Shown piece by piece: positions 43,419 to 52,656 of a DNA stretch of 64,000 nt; position 1 is the first letter of the stretch; each line of letters begins with the position of its first letter. The stretch is from a virus (taxonomy: Duplodnaviria; Caudoviricetes). The notes beneath the pieces are model-generated. The model made no database searches. It had not been told where the DNA came from and worked only from the letters and a program-made list of their open reading frames with translations. The stretch covers positions 11,399 to 75,398 of the IMG/VR virus record IMGVR_UViG_3300032324_000938; one strand, written 5' to 3'. Both the position numbers and the translations under genes were made by a program.

Positions 43419-43861
43419 TGATTATATGGTTTACAGGACAACCCAATAGTGGTAAAACTACATTAGCTTTAGAATTGACTCATCATTTACATGAAATGCG
43501 TAAAGATCTTACCGCAATCATAATAGATGGTGATTCATTAAGAACAATTACAAAAAACGTAGACTATTCAAAAGATGGTAGACGTAAAAATGTACAAACC
43601 GCTATTAATTTATCTATCAATTCAGATACAACTAATGATTATACTATTGTAGCACTTGTATCACCATTTAGAGATTTACGTGAGTCATTAAAAAACAACA
43701 ACAAACATATTGTTAAAGAAATATATTTACACAGTAACAGATTACGTGAGGGTAAAATGGTAGATTACTATGAACCGCCACTAACCAATTATCTCGACAT
43801 TGATACTGATAAGCATACAATAGAAGAATCAATTAAATTAATCTTAGACTATATCAAATGA
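43418..43861 (+). CDS. cysC: Adenylyl-sulfate (APS) kinase
   Basis: IWFTGQPNSGKTT, DGD.LR, GR.KN, SPFRD.R, YEPP. Confidence 0.85.
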   Translation: MIIWFTGQPNSGKTTLALELTHHLHEMRKDLTAIIIDGDSLRTITKNVDYSKDGRRKNVQTAINLSINSDTTNDYTIVALVSPFRDLRESLKNNNKHIVKEIYLHSNRLREGKMVDYYEPPLTNYLDIDTDKHTIEESIKLILDYIK

Positions 43862-44349
43862 AAGCAATAATGGCAATGTCTGAAAATAGATGTATTGGAA
43901 AAGAAAATAAAATTCCATGGTATATTCCAAATGATTTCAAATGGTTCAAAGAATTTACCACGGGTAAAAAACTTATTGTGGGTAAAAATACATTTGATAC
44001 ATTACCATTTTTGAAAAACAGAGAAATTCTGGTATTAACAAGAAGAATTGAAGAATTGGATGCTTATATTCAAAATCAATATTTTGTTAACAAAAACAAT
44101 CTTAGTGGTAAACTTATAGATACAACCGATATATCTTTAATGGATTTAAATAATGATCCTGATGTAATTGTTGCGGGTGGAGCTAAAACATATGTTAGAT
44201 TATTACCGTATATTACAGAATTTTATGTTACGCATGTAAATGGTAGTTATGAAGGTGATACATTTATGCCACCATTTGAAGATTTGTTTACTAATAAAGA
44301 AGTTGTAAAAGAATTTGACGGGCACAAAGTTATCAAGTATAGTAAGTAA
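43858..44349 (+). CDS. folA: Dihydrofolate reductase
   Basis: IGKENKIPW, DFKWFK, GKNTF, GGAKTY, GDTFMP. Confidence 0.92.
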   Translation: MKAIMAMSENRCIGKENKIPWYIPNDFKWFKEFTTGKKLIVGKNTFDTLPFLKNREILVLTRRIEELDAYIQNQYFVNKNNLSGKLIDTTDISLMDLNNDPDVIVAGGAKTYVRLLPYITEFYVTHVNGSYEGDTFMPPFEDLFTNKEVVKEFDGHKVIKYSK

Positions 44350-44350
44350 T

Positions 44351-44602
44351 ATGAACAAAGTAGATATACAAATATTCAATCGTAATGATGTTAATCACAT
44401 GAGATGCATCAGAGATGTTGAAATGGAAATAAGATACGGAAACAAATGTCCAGTATTCAACGATGAACATAACGATGTCAGACAACACATTAGAGATGTT
44501 CTAATAAACAAAACCGTGGAAAATAAAGAAATTACAGAATTCTATAACTTTATGGTTAATATGTTGGCAAATGTCAGTAAAGAAATAAAAAACTATGAAT
44601 AA
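44351..44602 (+). CDS. Hypothetical protein starting MNKVD
   Basis: ATG directly after the folA stop. Confidence 0.65.
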   Translation: MNKVDIQIFNRNDVNHMRCIRDVEMEIRYGNKCPVFNDEHNDVRQHIRDVLINKTVENKEITEFYNFMVNMLANVSKEIKNYE

Positions 44603-44786
44603 AGTAGATAAAGGATATACTTTTAATGAGTTTTTAGAAGGTGGTAAAATACTTGCGAGTCAAATCAAAAATGGCAATTTTCCAATAGAAGGAACAACCG
44701 AAAAAGATTACATGATCATAGGTGATTTCGCAGTGTATACACCATACATTCCATTATACACAACACCATTACCAGAAAAAAATTGA
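44595..44786 (+). CDS. Hypothetical protein starting MNKVD
   Basis: 63 aa; overlaps the previous stop. Confidence 0.6.
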   Translation: MNKVDKGYTFNEFLEGGKILASQIKNGNFPIEGTTEKDYMIIGDFAVYTPYIPLYTTPLPEKN

Positions 44787-44811
44787 TAAAGAACCCGTAA
44801 ATCCATAAATC

Positions 44812-45921
44812 ATGAATAAAGTAGACACAGAATATTTCAGAATTGTCAATGATATTTTGACAAACGGACGACTTAAAAAGAACCGAACTGGTGTAGATAC
44901 CATTGGTATTTTTGGTGCTCAAGCCAAATACAATGTGGATCTAAACGCATTTCCTCTATTAACAACCAAAAAAGTTCATTGGCCAGCAATCGTACATGAA
45001 TTGCTTTGGTTTATCAGTGGAGATACCAACATCAAGTATCTTGTTGATAATGATGTTAAAATCTGGAATGAATGGGCCTGTAAACGATACATGGAGAAAA
45101 CAGGAGCTAAAGGACATATATCAGCTATATTGCCAATTTATGTAAAAAATATTAAAGAAGATGTTGAATTTGCTAAGGAATGGGGTGAGCTTGGTGAAGG
45201 AACTTATGGTGGAATGTGGCGGGATTTTCCATTTTTTACAATTGTTGATAAAATTGATCCATCAACAATGCCAAAATTCAAATCTTTAGGAACAAAGGGA
45301 ATGTATTGTGGAGATGAACCATTAACTTTTCTAGGAAGAATTGATCAAATTACAAAAGTTCTTGAAAAGTTAAAGAACAATCCAGATGATCGTCGTATGA
45401 TTGTGAGTGCATGGCATCCATACTGGGTAGATCATTGTGCCTTACCTCCGTGCCATTGTCTATTCCACTTTCATACAGAAGAATTGACACTGGAAGAACG
45501 AATTGAAATTTTACAGAAACAAGTTGGTCCTGTAAATCTTCCTAAATCTGATGTGTGGATCATTCAAAAACTGAACGAGGACAATATTCCAACTCGTCGT
45601 TTGAATTGTTTGTTATACCAGCGTAGTTGCGATTTTTTCTTAGGAATTCCTTTTAACATTGCGTCATATAGTTTGTTGACCGCAATGATTGCTCATGTTA
45701 GTAATATGGTACCGGGAACATTTACTCATAGTCACGGTGATGCTCACATTTATGTCAACCACTTGGATCAAATCAAGCTACAAATGAGTCGTGAACCAAA
45801 AGCACTGCCTAGTTTGTGGTTGAATCCAGAGGTTAAATCATTGTTTGATTTCAAATTTGACGACATCAAGCTGTTGAACTATGATCCACATCCAACAATT
45901 AAAGCGGAGGTAGCAGTATGA
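44812..45921 (+). CDS. thyA: Thymidylate synthase
   Basis: RTG, ELLWF, RRMIVSAW, ALPPCH, YQRSCD, PFNIASY, GDAHIY. Confidence 0.95.
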   Translation: MNKVDTEYFRIVNDILTNGRLKKNRTGVDTIGIFGAQAKYNVDLNAFPLLTTKKVHWPAIVHELLWFISGDTNIKYLVDNDVKIWNEWACKRYMEKTGAKGHISAILPIYVKNIKEDVEFAKEWGELGEGTYGGMWRDFPFFTIVDKIDPSTMPKFKSLGTKGMYCGDEPLTFLGRIDQITKVLEKLKNNPDDRRMIVSAWHPYWVDHCALPPCHCLFHFHTEELTLEERIEILQKQVGPVNLPKSDVWIIQKLNEDNIPTRRLNCLLYQRSCDFFLGIPFNIASYSLLTAMIAHVSNMVPGTFTHSHGDAHIYVNHLDQIKLQMSREPKALPSLWLNPEVKSLFDFKFDDIKLLNYDPHPTIKAEVAV

Positions 45922-46103
45922 AATACAAATATAGTGTTAGAATACATAATGTATCTACTACCGAAGAGTTGGAAACTATAATGAACGAATATGGTTCAAA
46001 AGGTATTCGTGTCATTAAAGCAGATTTCTTAGGTTATAAACTAGTTAACTGTAGACAAGAAGCTAAATATACTCTATATTTAGAAGAGAAAATTAAAAAA
46101 TGA
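45918..46103 (+). CDS. Small hypothetical protein
   Basis: ATGA overlap with thyA. Confidence 0.6.
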   Translation: MKYKYSVRIHNVSTTEELETIMNEYGSKGIRVIKADFLGYKLVNCRQEAKYTLYLEEKIKK

Positions 46104-46480
46104 TAACAAATTACAATTTATTCTTGGATGATGAAAGGTTACCAAACCATGTTACTTGGGTTGATTTACCTCCTAATCAACACTATAGCGTAGTAAGAAA
46201 CTATCAAGAGTTTGTAGATCTAATTACACTCAGAGGACTTCCTAAGTTTGTAACTTATGATCATGACTTGGCATCTGGACATTACGGTCACGGTTTACAA
46301 GGTGACTCAATTCCATATGACAAATATACAGAAAAGACTGGGTATGATTGTGCTAAATGGTTGGTTGATTATTGTATGAAAAAGGGTGTAAAACATCCTC
46401 CATATCAAGTACATAGTATGAATCCAGTGGGTAAATCTAATATTATTAGTTATGTTGAATCATATAATAGAACAGTTTAA
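46100..46480 (+). CDS. Cyclic-phosphate-processing receiver-like domain protein
   Basis: LFLDDER, DHDL, TGYDCAKWL, HSMNPVG. Confidence 0.7.
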   Translation: MITNYNLFLDDERLPNHVTWVDLPPNQHYSVVRNYQEFVDLITLRGLPKFVTYDHDLASGHYGHGLQGDSIPYDKYTEKTGYDCAKWLVDYCMKKGVKHPPYQVHSMNPVGKSNIISYVESYNRTV

Positions 46481-46670
46481 ATATAAACTTTACACTGCTT
46501 TAACTTATTTAACAGTTGTATCTTTTATATATTTAATCATTGCAAGTATTGTGTTTGCTTTTAGACATCCATGGGCAACTGATATGCAAAGATTTATTCA
46601 TATTGGTGATGCATTGATGTTTAATAAAATATCCTACAAAGAAATGAGAGGAGAATATGAAGAGCGCTGA
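46452..46670 (+). CDS. Small membrane protein (start uncertain)
   Basis: One TM segment. Confidence 0.45.
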   Translation: MLNHIIEQFKYKLYTALTYLTVVSFIYLIIASIVFAFRHPWATDMQRFIHIGDALMFNKISYKEMRGEYEER

Positions 46671-46851
46671 TAATATTGTTGAAATAGAAGAAGTTGAACT
46701 TAAAAAGTATACTAAGTTAAAAGAGGGTACTAAGATTGAGCCCGGAGATTTAGTTTACATATATGATAATTGTTATGCTAAACTAAGCAAGGGTAGTCGT
46801 GTTTGTAAAGAAGTTATTAATAAATTTAATACAATTTTAAGGAAAAAATAA
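46657..46851 (+). CDS. Small hypothetical protein
   Basis: ORF in operon. Confidence 0.55.
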   Translation: MKSADNIVEIEEVELKKYTKLKEGTKIEPGDLVYIYDNCYAKLSKGSRVCKEVINKFNTILRKK

Positions 46852-46852
46852 T

Positions 46853-47107
46853 ATGAAGGATCAGGATTCAACATTTCTCATTTGTGATTGTTTTGAACAC
46901 GGACTTTTAGTAGAAAGGTTTAAAGATGAAAATGAAGTATCATTAAGCTTCTTTGAAAGAGGTCTTAGTGGTAGAACACTTGGATGGTCTGAGAGATTAA
47001 GATGGTGTTGGCAAATTATTAGATATGGCAGACCATGGTCAGATTTTGTTATTTTGAATGAAGAAAATCAACAACAGTTAAAAGATTTTCTAAACAAAAA
47101 GATTTAA
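46853..47107 (+). CDS. Hypothetical protein
   Basis: CDC..H and ERLRWCWQI motifs. Confidence 0.65.
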   Translation: MKDQDSTFLICDCFEHGLLVERFKDENEVSLSFFERGLSGRTLGWSERLRWCWQIIRYGRPWSDFVILNEENQQQLKDFLNKKI

Positions 47108-47178
47108 TTTGTGAGTGGTTATCACAGATTAATTAGTATATAAAACCAACAATAAAAACTAAATATTAGGATAAAATT

Positions 47179-47394
47179 ATGTCTAATAAGACAAATAAAA
47201 GTGCAGAAACGGTAGCTTCTTTTTCAAAGAAGTTTGTAGTAGTACGTAGTGGTACACGGGTAAGTGAATTGGTCTATGAATCAAAACAAGATGCAAAGAT
47301 TGAGTTTGATCATTGGTCTGGTATTTTAAAGCGTTGGCCAGACGGTACTAAAGTTGAAATTGCAGAGTATGATGAAAAGAAACATAAGGTATAA
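47179..47394 (+). CDS. Hypothetical protein
   Basis: 71 aa. Confidence 0.65.
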   Translation: MSNKTNKSAETVASFSKKFVVVRSGTRVSELVYESKQDAKIEFDHWSGILKRWPDGTKVEIAEYDEKKHKV

Positions 47395-47396
47395 TT

Positions 47397-47627
47397 ATGA
47401 ATAAATCAATTGGACTAAGAGAACAAATCAGAGACGCAACCTCAAATGAAGAAGTTCAATCTTTATTGAACGTTGGAAAAACATTTGAATGGGCTACACC
47501 AAGAACTAAACTCAGTTGGAAACACACTGCAAATAGAACTCTTGAGAAACTAACATCTGCAACAAAAACTGCGGAGGTAAATTCAGAAGAAAAGAAAGAA
47601 AAGAAGAAAGTTTCTAAAAAGAAGTAA
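47397..47627 (+). CDS. Hypothetical basic protein
   Basis: 76 aa with Lys-rich tail. Confidence 0.65.
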   Translation: MNKSIGLREQIRDATSNEEVQSLLNVGKTFEWATPRTKLSWKHTANRTLEKLTSATKTAEVNSEEKKEKKKVSKKK

Positions 47628-47652
47628 GCAATATATATCTAATATAAGAACC

Positions 47653-47692
47653 AAAACGTCACTAAATAGTTTCCTATTCAGTGGCGTTTTTT
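47653..47692 (+). terminator. Intrinsic terminator
   Basis: AAAACGTCACT/AGTGGCGTTTT + T-run. Confidence 0.8.
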
Positions 47693-47727
47693 GCTTTTAA
47701 ATTATATAGGTTGATATTTATGTTAGT

Positions 47728-48081
47728 ATGCCAAAAGCATCTACAAAAAAATATAAACCATATTTGTTACCGTCAGAATTTAGTGAGATGGAGAGATTTA
47801 TTGAAGTTAATAAAACTTTGATGACGGAACAAGTGATTTCGTCTATTGAATATGCTTTAGACAAAAATTTAAATGTTGTTGAAGTATTTTCATTTAAGGA
47901 TTCTGATTTTGTTGTTACGTTGCCATTTGAACAATTTAAAGATAATTTGTTACACGTATACAATTATTACATTCAAATGGAAAAATATGAACTTTGTACT
48001 CGAATCAAAAAAATAGAGACAAAATTGGACAGTGAATTAAAAAAAATAAACACGCATGAAAAAAAACAAAAAGAAAAATAA
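47728..48081 (+). CDS. Hypothetical protein
   Basis: C-terminal YYIQMEKYELC helix. Confidence 0.65.
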   Translation: MPKASTKKYKPYLLPSEFSEMERFIEVNKTLMTEQVISSIEYALDKNLNVVEVFSFKDSDFVVTLPFEQFKDNLLHVYNYYIQMEKYELCTRIKKIETKLDSELKKINTHEKKQKEK

Positions 48082-48817
48082 CAGCGTTCAAAACAATACT
48101 CCAATAGAGGAACAAAAAATTGACAAAAGTCCAATTGTATATCAAAAATCAAAATTAAGAAATGAACTTTCAATATATGAAAGAGAATTAACAGAAAAAC
48201 AAAAACAATTTGTTGAAATTGCTTTAAATAAAGAAACAAAAATGGTATTTGTCAGTGGTCCTGCAGGTACTTCCAAAACATACATTACTATATATGCTGC
48301 TCTTAAACTACTAAATAGTAAAAAGATCAGTGATTTATTGTATATCAGAAGCGCAGTAGAAAGTTCTGATAATAAACTTGGATTTTTGCCAGGTGAAGCA
48401 CATGAAAAAATGGCACCATATATTCAACCATTATTGGAAAAATTATATGAAATGCTTCCAAAACATCAAATAGATCAACTAGAAAAAGAAGAACGTATTG
48501 ATAGTATTCCCCTTGGATTTTTACGTGGATTAAACTGGAACGCAAAATGTATCATTGCAGATGAAGCTCAAAATATGACTTCAAAAGAACTAATTACTCT
48601 AATTACCAGAACAGGTGAATTTAGTAAAGTGTTCATTATGGGCGATCCAGAACAATCTGATATTAATGGAAAAAGCGGATTTACTAAAGTTTTAAGTCTA
48701 TTTGATGATGAAGAAAGTCGTCAAAATGGTATATTTGTCTTCAAATTTGATGAAGATGACATTGTAAGAAGTGCTTTAGTAAAGTATATTATTAAAAAAA
48801 TCAAAAAGATGTCTTAA
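48056..48817 (+). CDS. phoH: PhoH-family ATPase
   Basis: GPAGTSKT, GFLPG, RGLNW, DEAQN, GDPEQSD, DIVRS. Confidence 0.92.
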   Translation: MKKNKKKNNSVQNNTPIEEQKIDKSPIVYQKSKLRNELSIYERELTEKQKQFVEIALNKETKMVFVSGPAGTSKTYITIYAALKLLNSKKISDLLYIRSAVESSDNKLGFLPGEAHEKMAPYIQPLLEKLYEMLPKHQIDQLEKEERIDSIPLGFLRGLNWNAKCIIADEAQNMTSKELITLITRTGEFSKVFIMGDPEQSDINGKSGFTKVLSLFDDEESRQNGIFVFKFDEDDIVRSALVKYIIKKIKKMS

Positions 48818-48845
48818 TTTATATTTATATATATCTTAAGACAGT

Positions 48846-50135
48846 ATGCCTTCAGAAAATAAAACAATTACAAATTTAGATTCATTGTCTGCTACCGCAA
48901 TATCAGACAATGATCTATTTTTATTTGTAGACCTCAAATCCAATGAAATTAAGAATATTGCTGCAAGTGAATTTGCACAATATAATGTAACCGCATCAGG
49001 TATTTTAACCACATTAGTAAGCGGATCATTTACGGGAAGTTTTACTGGATCATTAACAGGATTGATACAATCTTCTTCATATGCAAAAACTGCATCATTA
49101 TCATTAACAAGTAGTAATCTGTTTTATAATGGATTAAATAACGGTACTGCATCATATAGTGTAAATTCAGCTATGTCAGATTATGCACTTAGTGCAAGTT
49201 ATTCATTAAGTTCTTCATATGCAACAACTGCTTCATATTCAATCACTGCATCACAGGCATATGCAACTGGATCTACACATTCAATATTAACTACTGGTTT
49301 ATCTGATTATGCGTTAAACGGTCTATTATCAAATACATCATCTTATATAAAATATAACGGACAAAATAATGGAACAGTATACAGATCAATAATAACTGAA
49401 ACTGCAAATTATTGTCTAACTGCTTCAAATTTACAAGATGATAATACAACAATTGTTGCTAGATCAATCACATCAAGTTTTGCTCAAAATGCGTTAACCT
49501 CATCATTTATAGTATCTGCATCTACCTCAAATTTTGCGGAAACATCATCTTTAGGATCAAATGTTGTTTTTTCTTATGTTAGATTCAGAATACAATCAGC
49601 AGGTACTGATGGCAAGTATGAAATTATACCAGAAAGTTGGTATAATATATCAAATATAGGTATGTCACCTAATCCTGTAACCAAGGTTGATACTTATGAC
49701 ATTCAATTTGATGTAAAATATAAAGATTATGCAAAACCATCACTTGATAATAAAAATGCTTGTATAACAAAATTTAAACCAACTGTAATTAGTAATTTTG
49801 AATTTGGAAATTTATCAGAATTACAAAAATCTAAACAAAGCGGAGCAAATCCAGGTGGAGGATATACACCATATTATTTTGCTTCAAATGGATATTCTTG
49901 CACTGATGCGGGTTTTGTTTTGAAATTTACTTTAGTAGGATTTGATCAAAAGGATAACAAATTTAATCCACGTAATTTTGCTAGTAACTTTGCAGCTAGA
50001 ATGACATCAATAGCAAATGACTTATTGGAAGGATCAGTTTTTACCGCTATAGTTTATATAGATCCAAACGGAGTGGACATTAATACACCTAGTAGTACTA
50101 AATACCCATTTGTAGATCATACGAAATCATGTTAA
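48846..50135 (+). CDS. Ser-rich structural protein, paralogue 1
   Basis: N-terminal IT.L / SGSFTGSF; ASYA repeats; TATTTATA upstream. Confidence 0.7.
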   Translation: MPSENKTITNLDSLSATAISDNDLFLFVDLKSNEIKNIAASEFAQYNVTASGILTTLVSGSFTGSFTGSLTGLIQSSSYAKTASLSLTSSNLFYNGLNNGTASYSVNSAMSDYALSASYSLSSSYATTASYSITASQAYATGSTHSILTTGLSDYALNGLLSNTSSYIKYNGQNNGTVYRSIITETANYCLTASNLQDDNTTIVARSITSSFAQNALTSSFIVSASTSNFAETSSLGSNVVFSYVRFRIQSAGTDGKYEIIPESWYNISNIGMSPNPVTKVDTYDIQFDVKYKDYAKPSLDNKNACITKFKPTVISNFEFGNLSELQKSKQSGANPGGGYTPYYFASNGYSCTDAGFVLKFTLVGFDQKDNKFNPRNFASNFAARMTSIANDLLEGSVFTAIVYIDPNGVDINTPSSTKYPFVDHTKSC

Positions 50136-50156
50136 TTTGAATATTTATTGTAAACT

Positions 50157-51317
50157 ATGGACCAACAAATTACAGATTTAGACTTAATAACAAAAGATGA
50201 AATGAATAATAACAATTTATTATTCATACAAGACATTTCTGAATCAGAAACAAAGAACATAGTAATTTCAGATTTAACTCAATACACTATTAGTTCTTCA
50301 AATATTTTATCATCTTTAAGAACAGGTTCATTTACAGGAAGTTTTTTTGGTATTGTAAGCGGATCAACATCTTCATCATCTTATTGTGATACTGCAAGTT
50401 ATGCACAAACCACATTCTTATTAAATTATATACCAGGAATAAGCAACGGGTCAAGTTCATATTCAATTAATTCACTGTCATCATCACTATCAACTAGTTC
50501 ATCTTTTAATACATCTGCTTCATTTTCAATTACGTCATCATATTCAAATAAAACATCTTATGTATCAGTATTAACTGCAAATACATCATCAACTTCAATA
50601 ACAGCTTCAAATGTTAACTATTCATCATATTCAAATACCGCTTTGTTTTTGAATTATAATGGAATTGATAATGGAACATGTTTACGTTCTATTATTGCTG
50701 AAAATGCAAGTAATTCTTTAATTGTTAAAAATTTAAGGACTGATAATACATCTACATCCTCACTTGCAATATCATCAAGTTATGCACTATTTGCTGAAAA
50801 ATCCTTGTACATAAAACAAACTGAATATTCAAAAAATAGTGCAAAGTCACAATATACATCAAAAAATGTATATGCTTATATAAATTTTCAAGTTATTGAT
50901 GTAAACCAATTTAATATATACAGTTGGAAAAATATAAGATTAGATGTTCCTATTAAATGGAAACAAACAGGACCATTTGGTCAATTTTATATATATTTTG
51001 ATAAACCAGTGGATATTGGAACAACAACAGTTGTATCTGATTGGAACTTTGAAACATCACGTTTTGTTATTCCAAATAATATATTTAAATCATATTCATT
51101 TCCAAACAAACGTCTTGGAATGGTAGTAGGTATTTGGACTGTAGGAATTAGTGCAGGTGATGGTCAATCAACATGGTATGTGAGAGATCCAAGTGAAATG
51201 TTAATTGGATCTACATTTTCAGTAGTTGCATATAAATCAACGCAAAAATTTCCAGAAAGTGTATCTTTGGGAGCTACAAATAATATAGTTCAAGTAGGAG
51301 GATGTGCAGCATTATAA
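50157..51317 (+). CDS. Ser-rich structural protein, paralogue 2
   Basis: Same N-terminal domain. Confidence 0.7.
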   Translation: MDQQITDLDLITKDEMNNNNLLFIQDISESETKNIVISDLTQYTISSSNILSSLRTGSFTGSFFGIVSGSTSSSSYCDTASYAQTTFLLNYIPGISNGSSSYSINSLSSSLSTSSSFNTSASFSITSSYSNKTSYVSVLTANTSSTSITASNVNYSSYSNTALFLNYNGIDNGTCLRSIIAENASNSLIVKNLRTDNTSTSSLAISSSYALFAEKSLYIKQTEYSKNSAKSQYTSKNVYAYINFQVIDVNQFNIYSWKNIRLDVPIKWKQTGPFGQFYIYFDKPVDIGTTTVVSDWNFETSRFVIPNNIFKSYSFPNKRLGMVVGIWTVGISAGDGQSTWYVRDPSEMLIGSTFSVVAYKSTQKFPESVSLGATNNIVQVGGCAAL

Positions 51318-51321
51318 TTTT

Positions 51322-52587
51322 ATGTCACACATAATAACAGAATTAAAAAATTTATCACTTGAGGAAGTTGTCAATAATGATTATATTATTGTGACTGAAG
51401 TAACTAATAGTTTGGGTCAAATTGAAACCAAAACTATGAACTTAAGTGAATATACTAAATACAACATAACGTCATCAAATGTATTAACTGCATTTAGATC
51501 AGGATCACATAGTGGCAAATTTATAGGAAATTTATTAGGTTCTTCATTGTCGGCATCAGTATCAACCACTGCTAGTTTTTCTAATACAGCAAATTATTTG
51601 AATTATTCTTCAAATAATGGTACTGCATCATATTCAATAAATGCAAATAGTGTACCTATCAATTCAAACAGTTCATATGCATCAACATCATCATACTCAA
51701 CAAACTCCGTTACTTCTTCAAGAGCATCATATGTAAATGTTGACAACGTTACATATAAAACAGATACATCTGATTTTTCTTATAATTCTGTTAGTGCATC
51801 AAATTCTCAGAAAACCAATTATTTGAATTTTAATGGAACTGACAATGGTATTATTTATCATGCAATTAATAGTGATACTTGTTCATACGCATCAATTGCA
51901 ACCGGTTTATCATATCCAAATATATCAACCGCAAATAAATCAATAACATCAAGTTATTCTTCTACATCCATATCCGCTTCTTATTCATTAAGTTCATCAT
52001 ATACAGATTTTTCAATAAAATCTATATTTTCAGAAAGTGAAGCACACGCATATATTACATTGCTTATAAATGGTACCGGTGATCAATTAGTAGACGTACT
52101 TGATTCAGGAAATATAAATGGTGTAATTAGTATAAAAGAATATTACAATATAAATAAAGCTATATTAAGTCCTGGACTTAATAATTCAATTGAAATTATC
52201 ATTCAATTTGAAAATGAATTGAAAGATGAAAAATCAGCACTGATTAAAGTTGATAGTTCTAGTAGAGCACAATTTAGTGATCCGGCTGCATATACTAATG
52301 ATACTGATTTATATAATTATACTCCTCTGTTTAATGCACAAGGTGGCGTTGACAATATTCCATGGGATATAACAACAGGTAAAAGTTGTTCAAAGAGCAC
52401 TGCAAAAATAACTTTAATTAGTAGAAAGTATGGTACTAAAGAAACTAGCGCAGAACAATTTGAAACGTTAGCAGTTGATGTATTCAATAAATCTTATATT
52501 TCATTGGTTGTGTTGAATGGAAATGCAATCGGTGAAGGTAAAAACTATCCAGAAACACCTCCAACTACAATTGCTCCAAAATGTTAA
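51322..52587 (+). CDS. Ser-rich structural protein, paralogue 3
   Basis: Same N-terminal domain; start moved to MSHIITEL. Confidence 0.7.
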   Translation: MSHIITELKNLSLEEVVNNDYIIVTEVTNSLGQIETKTMNLSEYTKYNITSSNVLTAFRSGSHSGKFIGNLLGSSLSASVSTTASFSNTANYLNYSSNNGTASYSINANSVPINSNSSYASTSSYSTNSVTSSRASYVNVDNVTYKTDTSDFSYNSVSASNSQKTNYLNFNGTDNGIIYHAINSDTCSYASIATGLSYPNISTANKSITSSYSSTSISASYSLSSSYTDFSIKSIFSESEAHAYITLLINGTGDQLVDVLDSGNINGVISIKEYYNINKAILSPGLNNSIEIIIQFENELKDEKSALIKVDSSSRAQFSDPAAYTNDTDLYNYTPLFNAQGGVDNIPWDITTGKSCSKSTAKITLISRKYGTKETSAEQFETLAVDVFNKSYISLVVLNGNAIGEGKNYPETPPTTIAPKC

Positions 52588-52656
52588 GGTGTTTATTTTA
52601 ATAAAGTAAAATGAATATAATACCAAAACTACTATATTTATAATTTATAGTGAATT

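Noticed and set aside
44812-45921. Intron or intein in thyA
   Set aside because: The extra segments are short, in frame and lack intein or splicing motifs
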